A stretch of 43,282 nt of DNA from Candidatus Woesearchaeota archaeon (GCA_964624735.1 CAZUXN010000002.1:1-43282), one strand, 5' to 3'. Shown: positions 8,044 to 15,978, counted from the first letter of the stretch. Numbers and translations: made by a program. The notes: a model not told the origin generated them from the letters alone.

Positions 8044-8526
8044 ATGGAAGAAGATTACAACCCTAGTAGAAGGGAAGTTTTTAGAGAGATGTCTAGTGGG
8101 ATGTCTAGTGGGAGTAGGAAAGTTTTTAATGGAGTATTTAGTAAAAAAAGTGTTTTAAGGATTGGCAAGGAATTTAAAGATTTTGTAATTTTTGGTGGAG
8201 TAATATTGGGGGCTGTTTCAACTCTACCATATTATATTCCAACGGTAGCAAGAGAGATTAAGAGTCCCTTAAGTTATAGTTATAGAAAATATTCTTTAGG
8301 TGAAAATATAGGGGGGTGGGTGGGATTTTTTGGAGGGGTTGCTTTAGATATTGGGCAGGTATATAGCTATCATTATTTGGCTACCCATAATCATCCAGAA
8401 GTATTAGTAATTCCAGTGGTGGCGAATGTTATTTCAGGCGGTTATGAATTAAGCAGAATTGGTTGGAGAAATGCAAAGAAAAGATTAGTGGAAAAACATA
8501 AAAAAGAGCTTTCGGATATTTCTTAG
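8044..8526 (+). CDS. Hypothetical membrane protein
   Basis: Two or three hydrophobic segments (FVIFGGVILGAVSTLPYY, GGWVGFFGGVALDIG, VLVIPVVANVISGG). No recognised motif. Start placed at MEEDYN. Confidence 0.5.
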   Translation: MEEDYNPSRREVFREMSSGMSSGSRKVFNGVFSKKSVLRIGKEFKDFVIFGGVILGAVSTLPYYIPTVAREIKSPLSYSYRKYSLGENIGGWVGFFGGVALDIGQVYSYHYLATHNHPEVLVIPVVANVISGGYELSRIGWRNAKKRLVEKHKKELSDIS

Positions 8527-8527
8527 A

Positions 8528-9376
8528 TTAATTAATTAAATGTTTTAGAACTTCGTCTTTCATTGCTTGGATTGGAGGCTCGATGCCGAGCCAGATTCTT
8601 AGGGACTCTGCGCCTTGGTGGACGAGCATATTTACTCCTGATATTGTTTTGCAACCGATTGCTTCTGCGTCTTTGATTAGTTTTGTTTTTAGTGGGTTAT
8701 AAACAGCGTCGAAGATTATGTGATTTGGTTTTAGGAGTTTTTTTGGGATTGGGGAGTGTTCGGTGTTTGGATGCATCCCGATTGAGGTTGTGTTTACTAT
8801 GATGTCTGTTTCTGGTAATTGGTTATTAGTTATTAGTTGTTCGTAGTCGATTATTTTTGCGTTTATGTTTAGTTGTTGGTTTAAGTTGATTGCTTTTTGT
8901 TTGGTTCGGTTTGTTAGGGTTATGTTTGCGTTGTTGTTTTTTAGTGAGATTAGGATTGCTCTTGATACTCCTCCAGCTCCGATGACGAGGGCGTTTTTGT
9001 TTTCGAGATTTATGTTTTCTTCTTTTAGGGAGTTTTGGAAACCTGTCGCATCGGTATTATGGCCGATGGCTTTTGGGGTATCGGTGTTCGGTGTGTCGTG
9101 GTGTCGGATATATTTGATGGTGTTTACGGCTTGAATTTGTTTTGCTTCGTTTTTTATTTCGTCGAGGTGTTTCATCACTTCGACTTTGTGTGGGATTGTG
9201 ACGTTTAGTCCGTCGTAGGGGTTTGATTTTATGAAGTCTTTTAGGTCTTCTGGTTTGACGTCGATGGCGTCGTAGGTGTGTGGGAGATTTAGTTCTTTGA
9301 AGACAGCTTCATGCATTGGTTTTGATAGGGAGTGTGCGATTGGGTGACCGATGACTCCGAATTTTTTTGGGTTCAT
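8528..9376 (-). CDS. aroE: Shikimate 5-dehydrogenase
   Basis: GVIGHPIAHSLSKPMHEAVF, AVNT...GHNTD, GAGGVSRAI Rossmann motif. 282 aa. Confidence 0.85.
   Translation of the reverse strand: MNPKKFGVIGHPIAHSLSKPMHEAVFKELNLPHTYDAIDVKPEDLKDFIKSNPYDGLNVTIPHKVEVMKHLDEIKNEAKQIQAVNTIKYIRHHDTPNTDTPKAIGHNTDATGFQNSLKEENINLENKNALVIGAGGVSRAILISLKNNNANITLTNRTKQKAINLNQQLNINAKIIDYEQLITNNQLPETDIIVNTTSIGMHPNTEHSPIPKKLLKPNHIIFDAVYNPLKTKLIKDAEAIGCKTISGVNMLVHQGAESLRIWLGIEPPIQAMKDEVLKHLIN
9049..9108. repeat. 6-bp hairpin plus 7/8-nt-period TCGG array inside aroE (antisense to the gene)
   Basis: CATCGG (9049-9054) / CCGATG (9063-9068), then ..TCGGTGT TCGGTGT GTCGTGGT GTCGGAT (9081-9108). Encodes HHDTPNTDTPKA between AVNT and G.NTD, about 8 aa longer than E. 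coli AroE as recalled. Confidence 0.6.
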
Positions 9377-9417
9377 TTTTTGGGAAGGCTTATAAGGTTT
9401 AAAGAACTTTTTGTTTA

Positions 9418-9663
9418 ATGAAAGCGATTAAGAGATTGCAGATTGGGAAGGCTGGGTTGAGTGATGCGTTTGTTGGACAAGTTAAAAGTATTTTTGAGAA
9501 CGAGAAAATTTTGAAGATTAATATTTTGAAGTCGGCGTGTCGGGATAAGGAGCAGGCTGAGAAGATTGGGGAGGATTTGGTTTCTCTGTTGGGGAAGAAG
9601 TTTGGGTATAAGTTGGTTGGGTATGTTTTGACTTTGATTAAGTTTAGGAAAGAGCGACGGTAG
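9418..9663 (+). CDS. YhbY/CRM-domain RNA-binding protein
   Basis: 81 aa. LQIGKAGLSDAFVGQVKSIFENEKILKINIL...GYVLTLIKFRK fits the CRS1/YhbY pattern. Confidence 0.7.
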   Translation: MKAIKRLQIGKAGLSDAFVGQVKSIFENEKILKINILKSACRDKEQAEKIGEDLVSLLGKKFGYKLVGYVLTLIKFRKERR

Positions 9664-9742
9664 TTTTATATAGTGATATTTTTATTGTATTTTAAGTTAA
9701 CGGGCTTCGGCTTGTCTGTCTCCGTGAGGAGAGCTTGATGAA

Positions 9743-10315
9743 ATGGCGAAAATAATATTTGCGAAAAATCCTGTGAAGTTTATTCCGGTTTTAGCTGAGA
9801 CGCTTAAAAAGATTCCTGAGTTTGAAATTCCGGAGTGGGCTATGTTTGTTAAGTCTGGTGTTTCAAGGGAAAGGCCGCCGGTTGATAATGATTTTTGGTA
9901 TATTAGGGCGGCAAGTATTTTGAGGCAGATGTATATTAAAGGTGTCGTCGGCGTCGGGAGATTGAGGACGAGATATGGTTCGCGGAAGGATAGAGGTGGG
10001 AAGCATTGTGTTTTTAGGAAGGCGAGTGGTAAAATTATTAGGGTGATTTTGCAACAGGCTGAGGCGGCTGGGTTGGTTGAGAAAGTGGATAAGATGCAAC
10101 ATGGTCGGAGGTTGACTCAGGCTGGCAGGGATTTATTGGATTCAATTGAGGCACCTGCGGAAGTTATGGTTGACAGTTCGGAGTGGACGGTTAAATCTGT
10201 TTTGCCGATTGTGATGAATGATGAAGAAATAGAGACTGAAAAAGATGCTAAAGAAGTAAAGGATAAAACGGAAGAAAATGTGGAAGATGAGGAGGTTGTT
10301 GAGGATGGCAAGTAG
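9743..10315 (+). CDS. rps19e: 30S ribosomal protein S19e (eS19) with acidic C-terminal tail
   Basis: PEWAMFVKSGVSRERPP..DFWYIRAASILRQMYIKG..GVGRLRTRYGSRKDRG. C-terminal ~50 aa are D/E rich. Confidence 0.85.
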   Translation: MAKIIFAKNPVKFIPVLAETLKKIPEFEIPEWAMFVKSGVSRERPPVDNDFWYIRAASILRQMYIKGVVGVGRLRTRYGSRKDRGGKHCVFRKASGKIIRVILQQAEAAGLVEKVDKMQHGRRLTQAGRDLLDSIEAPAEVMVDSSEWTVKSVLPIVMNDEEIETEKDAKEVKDKTEENVEDEEVVEDGK

Positions 10316-10520
10316 GAAGGCGAAGGCGAGGAGTAGCAAGAAAAGGCATTTGGATCGAGCGCAGAGGCAGACGAATTGGGCGCCGTTTTGGACAGTGTTG
10401 AAAAAGTTTGGGAAAGGTAAAAAGGTCCATCCGTCGAGGATTACGCATGTTAAGAGAGCTTGGGCGAGAAATAAGTTGAAAATTAAACCGAGAATTATGA
10501 GGAAACAGAATTTAGGATAA
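10305..10520 (+). CDS. rpl39e: 50S ribosomal protein L39e (eL39)
   Basis: MASRKAKARSSKKRHLDRAQRQTNWAPFWTVLKKFGKGKKVHPSRITHVKRAWARNKLKI. The ATG at 10305 overlaps the rps19e stop. The track start at 10278 was rejected. Confidence 0.8.
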   Translation: MASRKAKARSSKKRHLDRAQRQTNWAPFWTVLKKFGKGKKVHPSRITHVKRAWARNKLKIKPRIMRKQNLG

Positions 10521-10521
10521 A

Positions 10522-11328
10522 ATGGAAAAGGGAAAAAAATCGGAAGTCGGAAGTCGGAAGTCGGAAGGAATAATTGGGACGACAAAAAAGACTGAGGTTA
10601 AAGAAGTTAAGAAGCTGGATGATGTTAAAGATAGTCTTGAGAATAAGGCGGCATTGGCAGCACACTCTGGTGTACCATCTGAGGATGGCAAAGCTGAGGG
10701 GAAAAGTAGCTCACGGATTACACAGATTAATACGGATTCTGAAAAAGGAAAATGGAAATCTAAGAAGGACAAAAAAAAGGAAGTTGTTGAGTTGGAGAGG
10801 GAGTATGTTGTGCCGTTGAGGCGTGGTTTTTTGAATGTGCCAAAGCATAAGAGGGCGAAGAAGGCAGTTAAGGTTTTGAAAGAGTTTATGGTTCGACATA
10901 TGCGTGTTCGTGATGGGGATTTGAGAAAAGTGAAGATTGATGGTTATTTGAATAATGAAATTTGGTTTAGGGGGATTAAGAAACCGATGGGGAAAATTAA
11001 AGTCCGGGCTAGGAAGATTGATGGGATTGTTTATGTTGAATTGGCTGAGATTCCTGATGTTGTGAAGTTTGTGAAGTCGCGTGAAGAGAAGCGGAAGTTG
11101 GCAGCTGAGAAAATTAAGCCAAAGAAGGTTAAGGCTGAGAAGGAAGTTGTTGACGAAGATAAAGATAAGGATGGGGTTGATGATAAGAAGGAGGAGGCTG
11201 AGGATAAGAAGGCTGGGGCTGAGAAGGCGGCGAAGGTTGAGAAAGCGGTTTCTAAGGAGATGAAGCATACGGCTCAAGGGAAGCATTTGAAGAAGACGAT
11301 GCCGGTTCGGAAGGCGCTCAAAAAATAA
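10522..11328 (+). CDS. rpl31e: 50S ribosomal protein L31e (eL31) with ~90-aa N-terminal and K/E-rich C-terminal extensions
   Basis: Core EREYVVPLRRGFLNVPKHKRAKKAVKVLKEFMVRHMRV...IWFRGIKKPMGKIKVRA. There is no in-frame ATG between 10522 and the core, so the true start is uncertain (TTG near 10789 is possible). Confidence 0.75.
   Translation: MEKGKKSEVGSRKSEGIIGTTKKTEVKEVKKLDDVKDSLENKAALAAHSGVPSEDGKAEGKSSSRITQINTDSEKGKWKSKKDKKKEVVELEREYVVPLRRGFLNVPKHKRAKKAVKVLKEFMVRHMRVRDGDLRKVKIDGYLNNEIWFRGIKKPMGKIKVRARKIDGIVYVELAEIPDVVKFVKSREEKRKLAAEKIKPKKVKAEKEVVDEDKDKDGVDDKKEEAEDKKAGAEKAAKVEKAVSKEMKHTAQGKHLKKTMPVRKALKK
10540..10567. repeat. Four perfect TCGGAAG units
   Basis: TCGGAAGTCGGAAGTCGGAAGTCGGAAG read directly, 18 nt after the rpl31e ORF start. 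Confidence 0.9.
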
Positions 11329-11345
11329 AGTGGGTTTGTTATTTT

Positions 11346-11445
11346 TTAGAGCGGCTTCGCTTTGTAGAACGCTTCGCTTGTAGAACGGAAAAATTTTAAT
11401 TTTTCCTCGTAGAACGAAAAGACTTTGTCTTTTCTTGTAGAATGA
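11346..11445. repeat. Intergenic array of GTAGAAC heptamers separated by unrelated perfect hairpins
   Basis: GTAGAAC at 11364, 11380 and 11409, GTAGAAT at 11438, TAGAGC at 11347. Intervening GCTTCGC (x2), GGAAAAATT-TT-AATTTTTCC and GAAAAGAC-TTT-GTCTTTTC. Confidence 0.8.
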
Positions 11446-11488
11446 TTTTGGGTGGATAAGTTTTTAATTTGAGATTCTATTTAGTTTT

Positions 11489-12190
11489 ATGGAAATTGTT
11501 AGGAAGGAGTTGCAGGAGTTTGCTGATTCGGAGAAGGCGAAGATTTTACAGAGGTTTTTTAAGACTGGGTCGGGGCAGTATGGGGAAGGGGATGTTTTTT
11601 TGGGGGTGAGTGTGCCGAAGTTGAGGTGGATTGCTAGGAAGCATTGGGATAGGATTAATATGGATGAGATTGAGAAGATGTTGAGGTCTAATATTCATGA
11701 GAAGAGGTTGGTTGCGTTGTTGATTTTGATTGAATTATTTAAGGATAATCCTAAGGTGGTTTATAATTTTTATTTGAGGAATTTGAAAGGTGTTAATAAT
11801 TGGGATTTGGTTGATTTGTCGGCGCCTAAGATTATTGGGAGTTATTTATTGGATAAAAAAGATAGGGGAATTTTGGATGAATTGGCATCGTCGGAGAATT
11901 TGTGGGAAAAGCGGATTGCGATTGTTTCGACTTTTACCTTTATCCAGGATGGGGAATTTGATGATTGTTTGAGGATTGCTAAGGTTTTGCTTAAAGATAA
12001 ACATGATTTGATTCATAAGGCTGTTGGGTGGATGCTTCGTGAGGTTGGGAAGAGGGACGAGGATTTGTTGAGGGAGTTTTTGGCTAGGCATTATAATGAA
12101 ATGTCTAGGACAACTTTGAGGTATGCGATTGAGAGGTTTGGGGAGGATTTAAGAATTAAGTATTTGAAGGGTGACTATGAAAGACTTTAA
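11489..12190 (+). CDS. DNA alkylation repair protein (AlkD/AlkC-like HEAT-repeat family)
   Basis: 233 aa. ..AKILQRFFKTGSGQYGEGDVFLGV..NNWDLVDLSAPKIIG..WEKRIAIVSTF..HKAVGWMLREVGK matches the recalled DNA_alkylation family pattern. Confidence 0.7.
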   Translation: MEIVRKELQEFADSEKAKILQRFFKTGSGQYGEGDVFLGVSVPKLRWIARKHWDRINMDEIEKMLRSNIHEKRLVALLILIELFKDNPKVVYNFYLRNLKGVNNWDLVDLSAPKIIGSYLLDKKDRGILDELASSENLWEKRIAIVSTFTFIQDGEFDDCLRIAKVLLKDKHDLIHKAVGWMLREVGKRDEDLLREFLARHYNEMSRTTLRYAIERFGEDLRIKYLKGDYERL

Positions 12191-12317
12191 GGAATCGTTG
12201 AACTTTGGGTTGATTAATTTTGATAAGCCTTGCTCACTTTCAACTCTTCGTGGATTTAAATTTAGTCGAAGAGCTAAAAGTTCGGACCCGACGTCGTTTT
12301 CGGTTTCGGAGAAATGA
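12177..12317 (+). pseudogene. Ghost copy of the cbf5 5' end carrying a 57-nt hairpin-bearing insert
   Basis: 47-codon ORF MKDFKESLNFGLINFDKP[CSLSTLRGFKFSRRAKSSD]PTSFSVSEK*, versus real MKDIKELLDFGLINIDKPAGPTSFSVSEF. Its ATG overlaps the alkylation-repair gene stop in the same ATGA context as the real start. Insert has IR CTCTTCG (12244-12250) / CGAAGAG (12267-12273). Confidence 0.8.
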
Positions 12318-12367
12318 GTATATCGGAAGATTTAAATAATAATAGAGGCTAACTTGTTTAGGTAACA

Positions 12368-12435
12368 GGTATTGCTTCAGTCTTCGGACATACCGCTTAT
12401 GTGCTCCCGGTTCTGAGTCTTCGGACTAAGGCCGG
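12368..12435 (+). promoter_or_regulatory. Two tandem hairpins with identical AGTCTTCGGAC apex, 11 nt upstream of the NYN gene start
   Basis: GGTAT..GTC-TTCG-GAC-ATACC (12368-12394) and CCGGTTCTGAGTC-TTCG-GACTAAGGCCGG (12407-12435). The 11-nt exact repeat lies at 12379-12389 and 12416-12426. Confidence 0.55.
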
Positions 12436-12446
12436 TTTTATTTAAT

Positions 12447-13007
12447 ATGGTAAAGAGAATTAGTATTTTTATTGATGGAGCTAATTTTTATCATGGGTTG
12501 AAAACTATTAATTTTAGATACTCTGATATTTTTTTTGATTTTGAGAGGTTTGTGAAAAGGTTGGTTGGGAACAATGAATTGATTAATGTTTATTATTACA
12601 ATGCTCCGCTGAAGGAGAATTTGAATAAGTATGTTTATTGGAATCAGATGAAATTTTTTGGACGGCTTAGGAAGATTTCAAAATTTAAAGTTGTTTTATG
12701 CAAGAGGCAAAAGAGATTGGATGAGAATAAGGATGAGTATTATGTTACTAAGGGGGATGATATTCATTTGGCGTTGGATATGTTGTGTGATGCCTGTAAG
12801 GATAAATATGATAAAGTGATTTTGGTGAGTGGTGATGGAGATTTTGCTCCTTTGGTAAAATATGTTAAGGAAGAAGGAAAGGATGTTATTAATTATTGTT
12901 TTGAGGGCTCTGTTTCTCGGGATTTGTTAAAAGAGTTTTCTAATGAAAATAGATTTGTTATTGATAGAAAAGTAGTTAATAAGTTCTTTTTGAGGAATAG
13001 AAGATGA
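12447..13007 (+). CDS. NYN-domain (LabA/DUF88-like) putative RNase
   Basis: ISIFIDGANFYHGL...VILVSGDGDFAPLVKYVKEEGKDV matches the NYN/LabA signature. Its stop overlaps the cbf5 ATG (ATGA). Confidence 0.8.
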   Translation: MVKRISIFIDGANFYHGLKTINFRYSDIFFDFERFVKRLVGNNELINVYYYNAPLKENLNKYVYWNQMKFFGRLRKISKFKVVLCKRQKRLDENKDEYYVTKGDDIHLALDMLCDACKDKYDKVILVSGDGDFAPLVKYVKEEGKDVINYCFEGSVSRDLLKEFSNENRFVIDRKVVNKFFLRNRR

Positions 13008-13885
13008 AAGATATTAAGGAATTGTTAGATTTTGGCTTGATTAATATTGATAAGCCGGCGGGGCCGACGTCGTTTTCGGTGAGTGAGTTTATTCGGAGGC
13101 AACTTGGATTGTCTAAGACTTCGCATATGGGGACGCTTGACCCGAAGGTGACTGGGGTTTTGCCGATTACTTTGGGGCGGGCTTGTAAGTTGGCGGGATA
13201 TTTTATTAAGCATGATAAGAGTTATATTGGGGTTTTGGAGACGCATCGGGAGTGTGATATTGTTGAGTTGCAGAAGTTGATTGATGAGAATTTTGTTGGG
13301 AAGATTAAGCAAACGCCGCCGCATCGGTCGGCTGTGCTTCGAAAAGAAAGAACACGAGAGGTGTTCTTTTGGAAACTTTTCGAAGCGGGGTGTCGGGATT
13401 CGGGGTGTCGGGATGTCGGTGACTTGGGCAACAGAAGTAAGAGTTTTTTGTTTGAGTGTAAGGTTGAAGGTGGGACTTATATTAGGAAGTTGTGTTCGGA
13501 CTTGGGCGGGATGATTGGTGGGGCACATATGGGGGAATTGCGGAGAACTAAGGCTGGGATTTTTAATGAAGAGAAAATTTATTCGCTTTATGAATTTGAG
13601 AGGGCAGTTGAATCGTGGAAGAATGGGGATGATGGTTTATTGAAGGAAATGATTGTGTCGGCGGATGATGCGATTCGCGAGGTTTTGCCTGTGGTTGAAG
13701 TTGATAAGTCTGCTTTGGCGTCTTTGTATGTTGGTCGACCGTTGCTGAAGTTTAATGTTGTTGGTGGGGTTGATGTTGAGACTGGGGAGGTTTTTGCTTT
13801 GTTTTGTGGAGATGTTTTTGTTGGGGTTTATATGAGGAGTGGTGAGGAAGCTGTTTTTGGGCGTGTTGAGTTTGTGAAGAATTGA
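13004..13885 (+). CDS. cbf5: tRNA/rRNA pseudouridine synthase Cbf5 (TruB family) with PUA domain
   Basis: GLINIDKPAGPTSFSVSEFIRR..SHMGTLDPKVTGVLPI (catalytic Asp), GGTYIRKL, C-terminal PUA-like region. Confidence 0.9.
   Translation: MKDIKELLDFGLINIDKPAGPTSFSVSEFIRRQLGLSKTSHMGTLDPKVTGVLPITLGRACKLAGYFIKHDKSYIGVLETHRECDIVELQKLIDENFVGKIKQTPPHRSAVLRKERTREVFFWKLFEAGCRDSGCRDVGDLGNRSKSFLFECKVEGGTYIRKLCSDLGGMIGGAHMGELRRTKAGIFNEEKIYSLYEFERAVESWKNGDDGLLKEMIVSADDAIREVLPVVEVDKSALASLYVGRPLLKFNVVGGVDVETGEVFALFCGDVFVGVYMRSGEEAVFGRVEFVKN
13337..13428. repeat. 19-bp interrupted fold-back hairpin plus 7/8-nt-period TCGGG array inside cbf5
   Basis: CTTCGAAAAGAAAGAACAC (13337-13355), loop GAGAG, GTGTTCTTT (13361-13369), bulge TGGAAA, CTTTTCGAAG (13376-13385). 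Then CGGGGTG TCGGGAT TCGGGGTG TCGGGAT GTCGGTG ACTTGGG. Encodes ..EAGCRDSGCRDVGDLGN.., absent from M. jannaschii Cbf5 as recalled. Confidence 0.8.
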
Positions 13886-13938
13886 TATATAGGTTGTAGG
13901 ATAGATTTATTTTTAAGGGAGGGTTTCTTGGAGTTTGA

Positions 13939-15978
13939 ATGGAAGAAGAAAATAAGGTGATTAATGAGGAGGTTATGGATCAAGATGAGTTTTTGATTGA
14001 GGCGAAGGATTTTTTTGAGGTTAATAAAAAGGAGATTGGGAAAGTTGCGAAGGGGGGAGAGAAGGTTGTTGAGATTGATTTTGATGTTTTGTCGGCGCAT
14101 TCACCTGGTTTGTCTGAGGTTTTGATTGATAGGCCGGAAGAGACGGTGCAGATGTTGGAGGTTGCGTTGGAGGAGTTGGAGTGGGCGCCGAATGATGCGA
14201 GGGTTCGGTTTAGTAGTATTTCGAAGGGGCAGGAACTTTATATTAGGAATATTAGGTCGAAATATTTAGGGAAGATGATTGGGATTGAGGGGATTGTGCG
14301 GAAAGCGTCGGAGGTTAGGCCGTTGGTGACAAATGCAAAATTTGAATGTCCGAGTTGTGGAACGATTATTTCGGTTTTGCAAATTGACAAAAAGTTCAAG
14401 GAGCCGACGAGGTGCTCGTGCGGACGGCGCGGTGGGTTTAAGGAGATTTCTAAGGATATGGTTGATGCGCAGGTTTTGACGATTGAGGAAGCGAGTGATA
14501 ATTTGCATGGGGGTGAACAACCGAAAAGGATGACGATTTTTTTGAAAGAGGATTTGGTTGATCCGAATATGGAAATGAGGACGACGCCGGGTTCGAGGGT
14601 TAAGATTATTGGGATTTTGAAAGAGATTGCTTTGTCTTCGTCTTCTGGTGCGATTTTGACGCGGTTTGATTTAGCGATTGAAGCAAATAATATTATTCCG
14701 TTGGAAGAAAGTTATGAGAATATTGATATTGACGAGGAGGACGAGAGGACGATTCATGAGTTGGCAGCGAGTCCTGATTTGATGAGGAAAATGATTGATA
14801 GTATTGCGCCGTCGATTTGGGGACATCGTGATGTGAAGGCGGCTTTGGCTTTTCAGTTGTTTGGTGGGGTGAAAAAAACGAGGAGTGATGGGACGAAAAT
14901 GAGGGGCGATATTCACGTTTTGTTGGTTGGGGACCCAGGGGTTGCGAAATCTGTGATGTTGGGATTTATTGCCGGGGTTGCGCCGAAAGCTCGGTATGTT
15001 TCTGGGAAGTCTTCGACCGGGGTTGGATTGACTGCGACTGTTGTTAAGGATGATTTACTGAGGGGTTGGAGTTTGGAAGCGGGAGCGATGGTTTTGGCGA
15101 ATAAGGGGATTGTTTGTATTGATGAGTTTGATAAGATGAACGAAGAGGACCGGTCGACGATGCATGAGGCGATGGAGCAACAGACGGTGACGATTTCGAA
15201 GGCGACGGTTCAGGCGACGTTGCGTTCGCAGACTTCAGTTTTGGCGGCGGCGAATCCAAAGTTTGGGCGGTTTGACCCGTTACAGTCAATTCCGAAACAG
15301 GTTAATTTGGCGCCGTCTTTGCTTTCGAGATTTGATGCGATTTTTATTATGAGGGATATTCCGAGCCGAAAGGATGACGAGGCGATTGCGACGCATGTTT
15401 TGTTGGAGCATAAGCAGGAAGCGAAGCACGATGTGATTGACAATGATTTGTTGAGGAAATATATTTCTTATGCGAGGCAAAAGTACGACCCGGTTTTGAC
15501 TGACGAGGCGGTTAAAGCAATGAAAGATTTTTATGTTGGGTTGAGAAATATGCCGCAGATTGGGGATGGGCCATCGAAACCGATTCCTATTGGGGCTCGG
15601 CAACTGGAGGCGATGGTACGGTTAGCGGAGGCGCATGCTCGGATGAGGTTAAGTAAGAAAGTTGAGGTTAGGGATGCGATTGAGGCGATTGATTTGGTTA
15701 AGAGTTATTTGATGCAGGTTGGGTATGATAAGGATACGAAAACTTTTGATGTTGATAGGATTACCGGGACTTCGGCGTCGTCGCGGAACAAGATTCATGT
15801 TGTGCAGGAGACAATTGAGAATTTGGAGAATAAGATGGGGAAGTTGATTCCGTTTGAGGAAATTACAAAGGCGTTGGCCGGGAAGATGAGCGAGACTGAT
15901 GTTGATGAAGTTGTTGGGAAGCTTTTGAAGAGTGGGGATTTATTTAGGCCGAGGCGAGGGTTTGTTCAACGGATGTAG
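13939..15978 (+). CDS. mcm: MCM replicative helicase
   Basis: Zn finger CPSCG..CSCG, Walker A GDPGVAKS, Walker B CIDEFDKM, arginine finger SRFD, C-terminal wHTH. 679 aa. Confidence 0.95.
   Translation: MEEENKVINEEVMDQDEFLIEAKDFFEVNKKEIGKVAKGGEKVVEIDFDVLSAHSPGLSEVLIDRPEETVQMLEVALEELEWAPNDARVRFSSISKGQELYIRNIRSKYLGKMIGIEGIVRKASEVRPLVTNAKFECPSCGTIISVLQIDKKFKEPTRCSCGRRGGFKEISKDMVDAQVLTIEEASDNLHGGEQPKRMTIFLKEDLVDPNMEMRTTPGSRVKIIGILKEIALSSSSGAILTRFDLAIEANNIIPLEESYENIDIDEEDERTIHELAASPDLMRKMIDSIAPSIWGHRDVKAALAFQLFGGVKKTRSDGTKMRGDIHVLLVGDPGVAKSVMLGFIAGVAPKARYVSGKSSTGVGLTATVVKDDLLRGWSLEAGAMVLANKGIVCIDEFDKMNEEDRSTMHEAMEQQTVTISKATVQATLRSQTSVLAAANPKFGRFDPLQSIPKQVNLAPSLLSRFDAIFIMRDIPSRKDDEAIATHVLLEHKQEAKHDVIDNDLLRKYISYARQKYDPVLTDEAVKAMKDFYVGLRNMPQIGDGPSKPIPIGARQLEAMVRLAEAHARMRLSKKVEVRDAIEAIDLVKSYLMQVGYDKDTKTFDVDRITGTSASSRNKIHVVQETIENLENKMGKLIPFEEITKALAGKMSETDVDEVVGKLLKSGDLFRPRRGFVQRM

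Noticed and set aside
10278-10304. Track start (MWKMRRLLR) for the eL39 ORF.
   Set aside because: The conserved eL39 sequence begins at MASRK (ATG 10305), which overlaps the rps19e stop. The upstream codons lie inside rps19e.
11346-11445. CRISPR array.
   Set aside because: The repeat is only 7 nt and the spacers are 7-22-nt self-complementary hairpins. No cas genes or leader are in the window.
13939-15978. An intein or intron within mcm (also checked in topA and valS).
   Set aside because: Protein lengths and motif spacing are normal. No Cys/Ser..HN intein junctions or homing-endonuclease blocks were seen.
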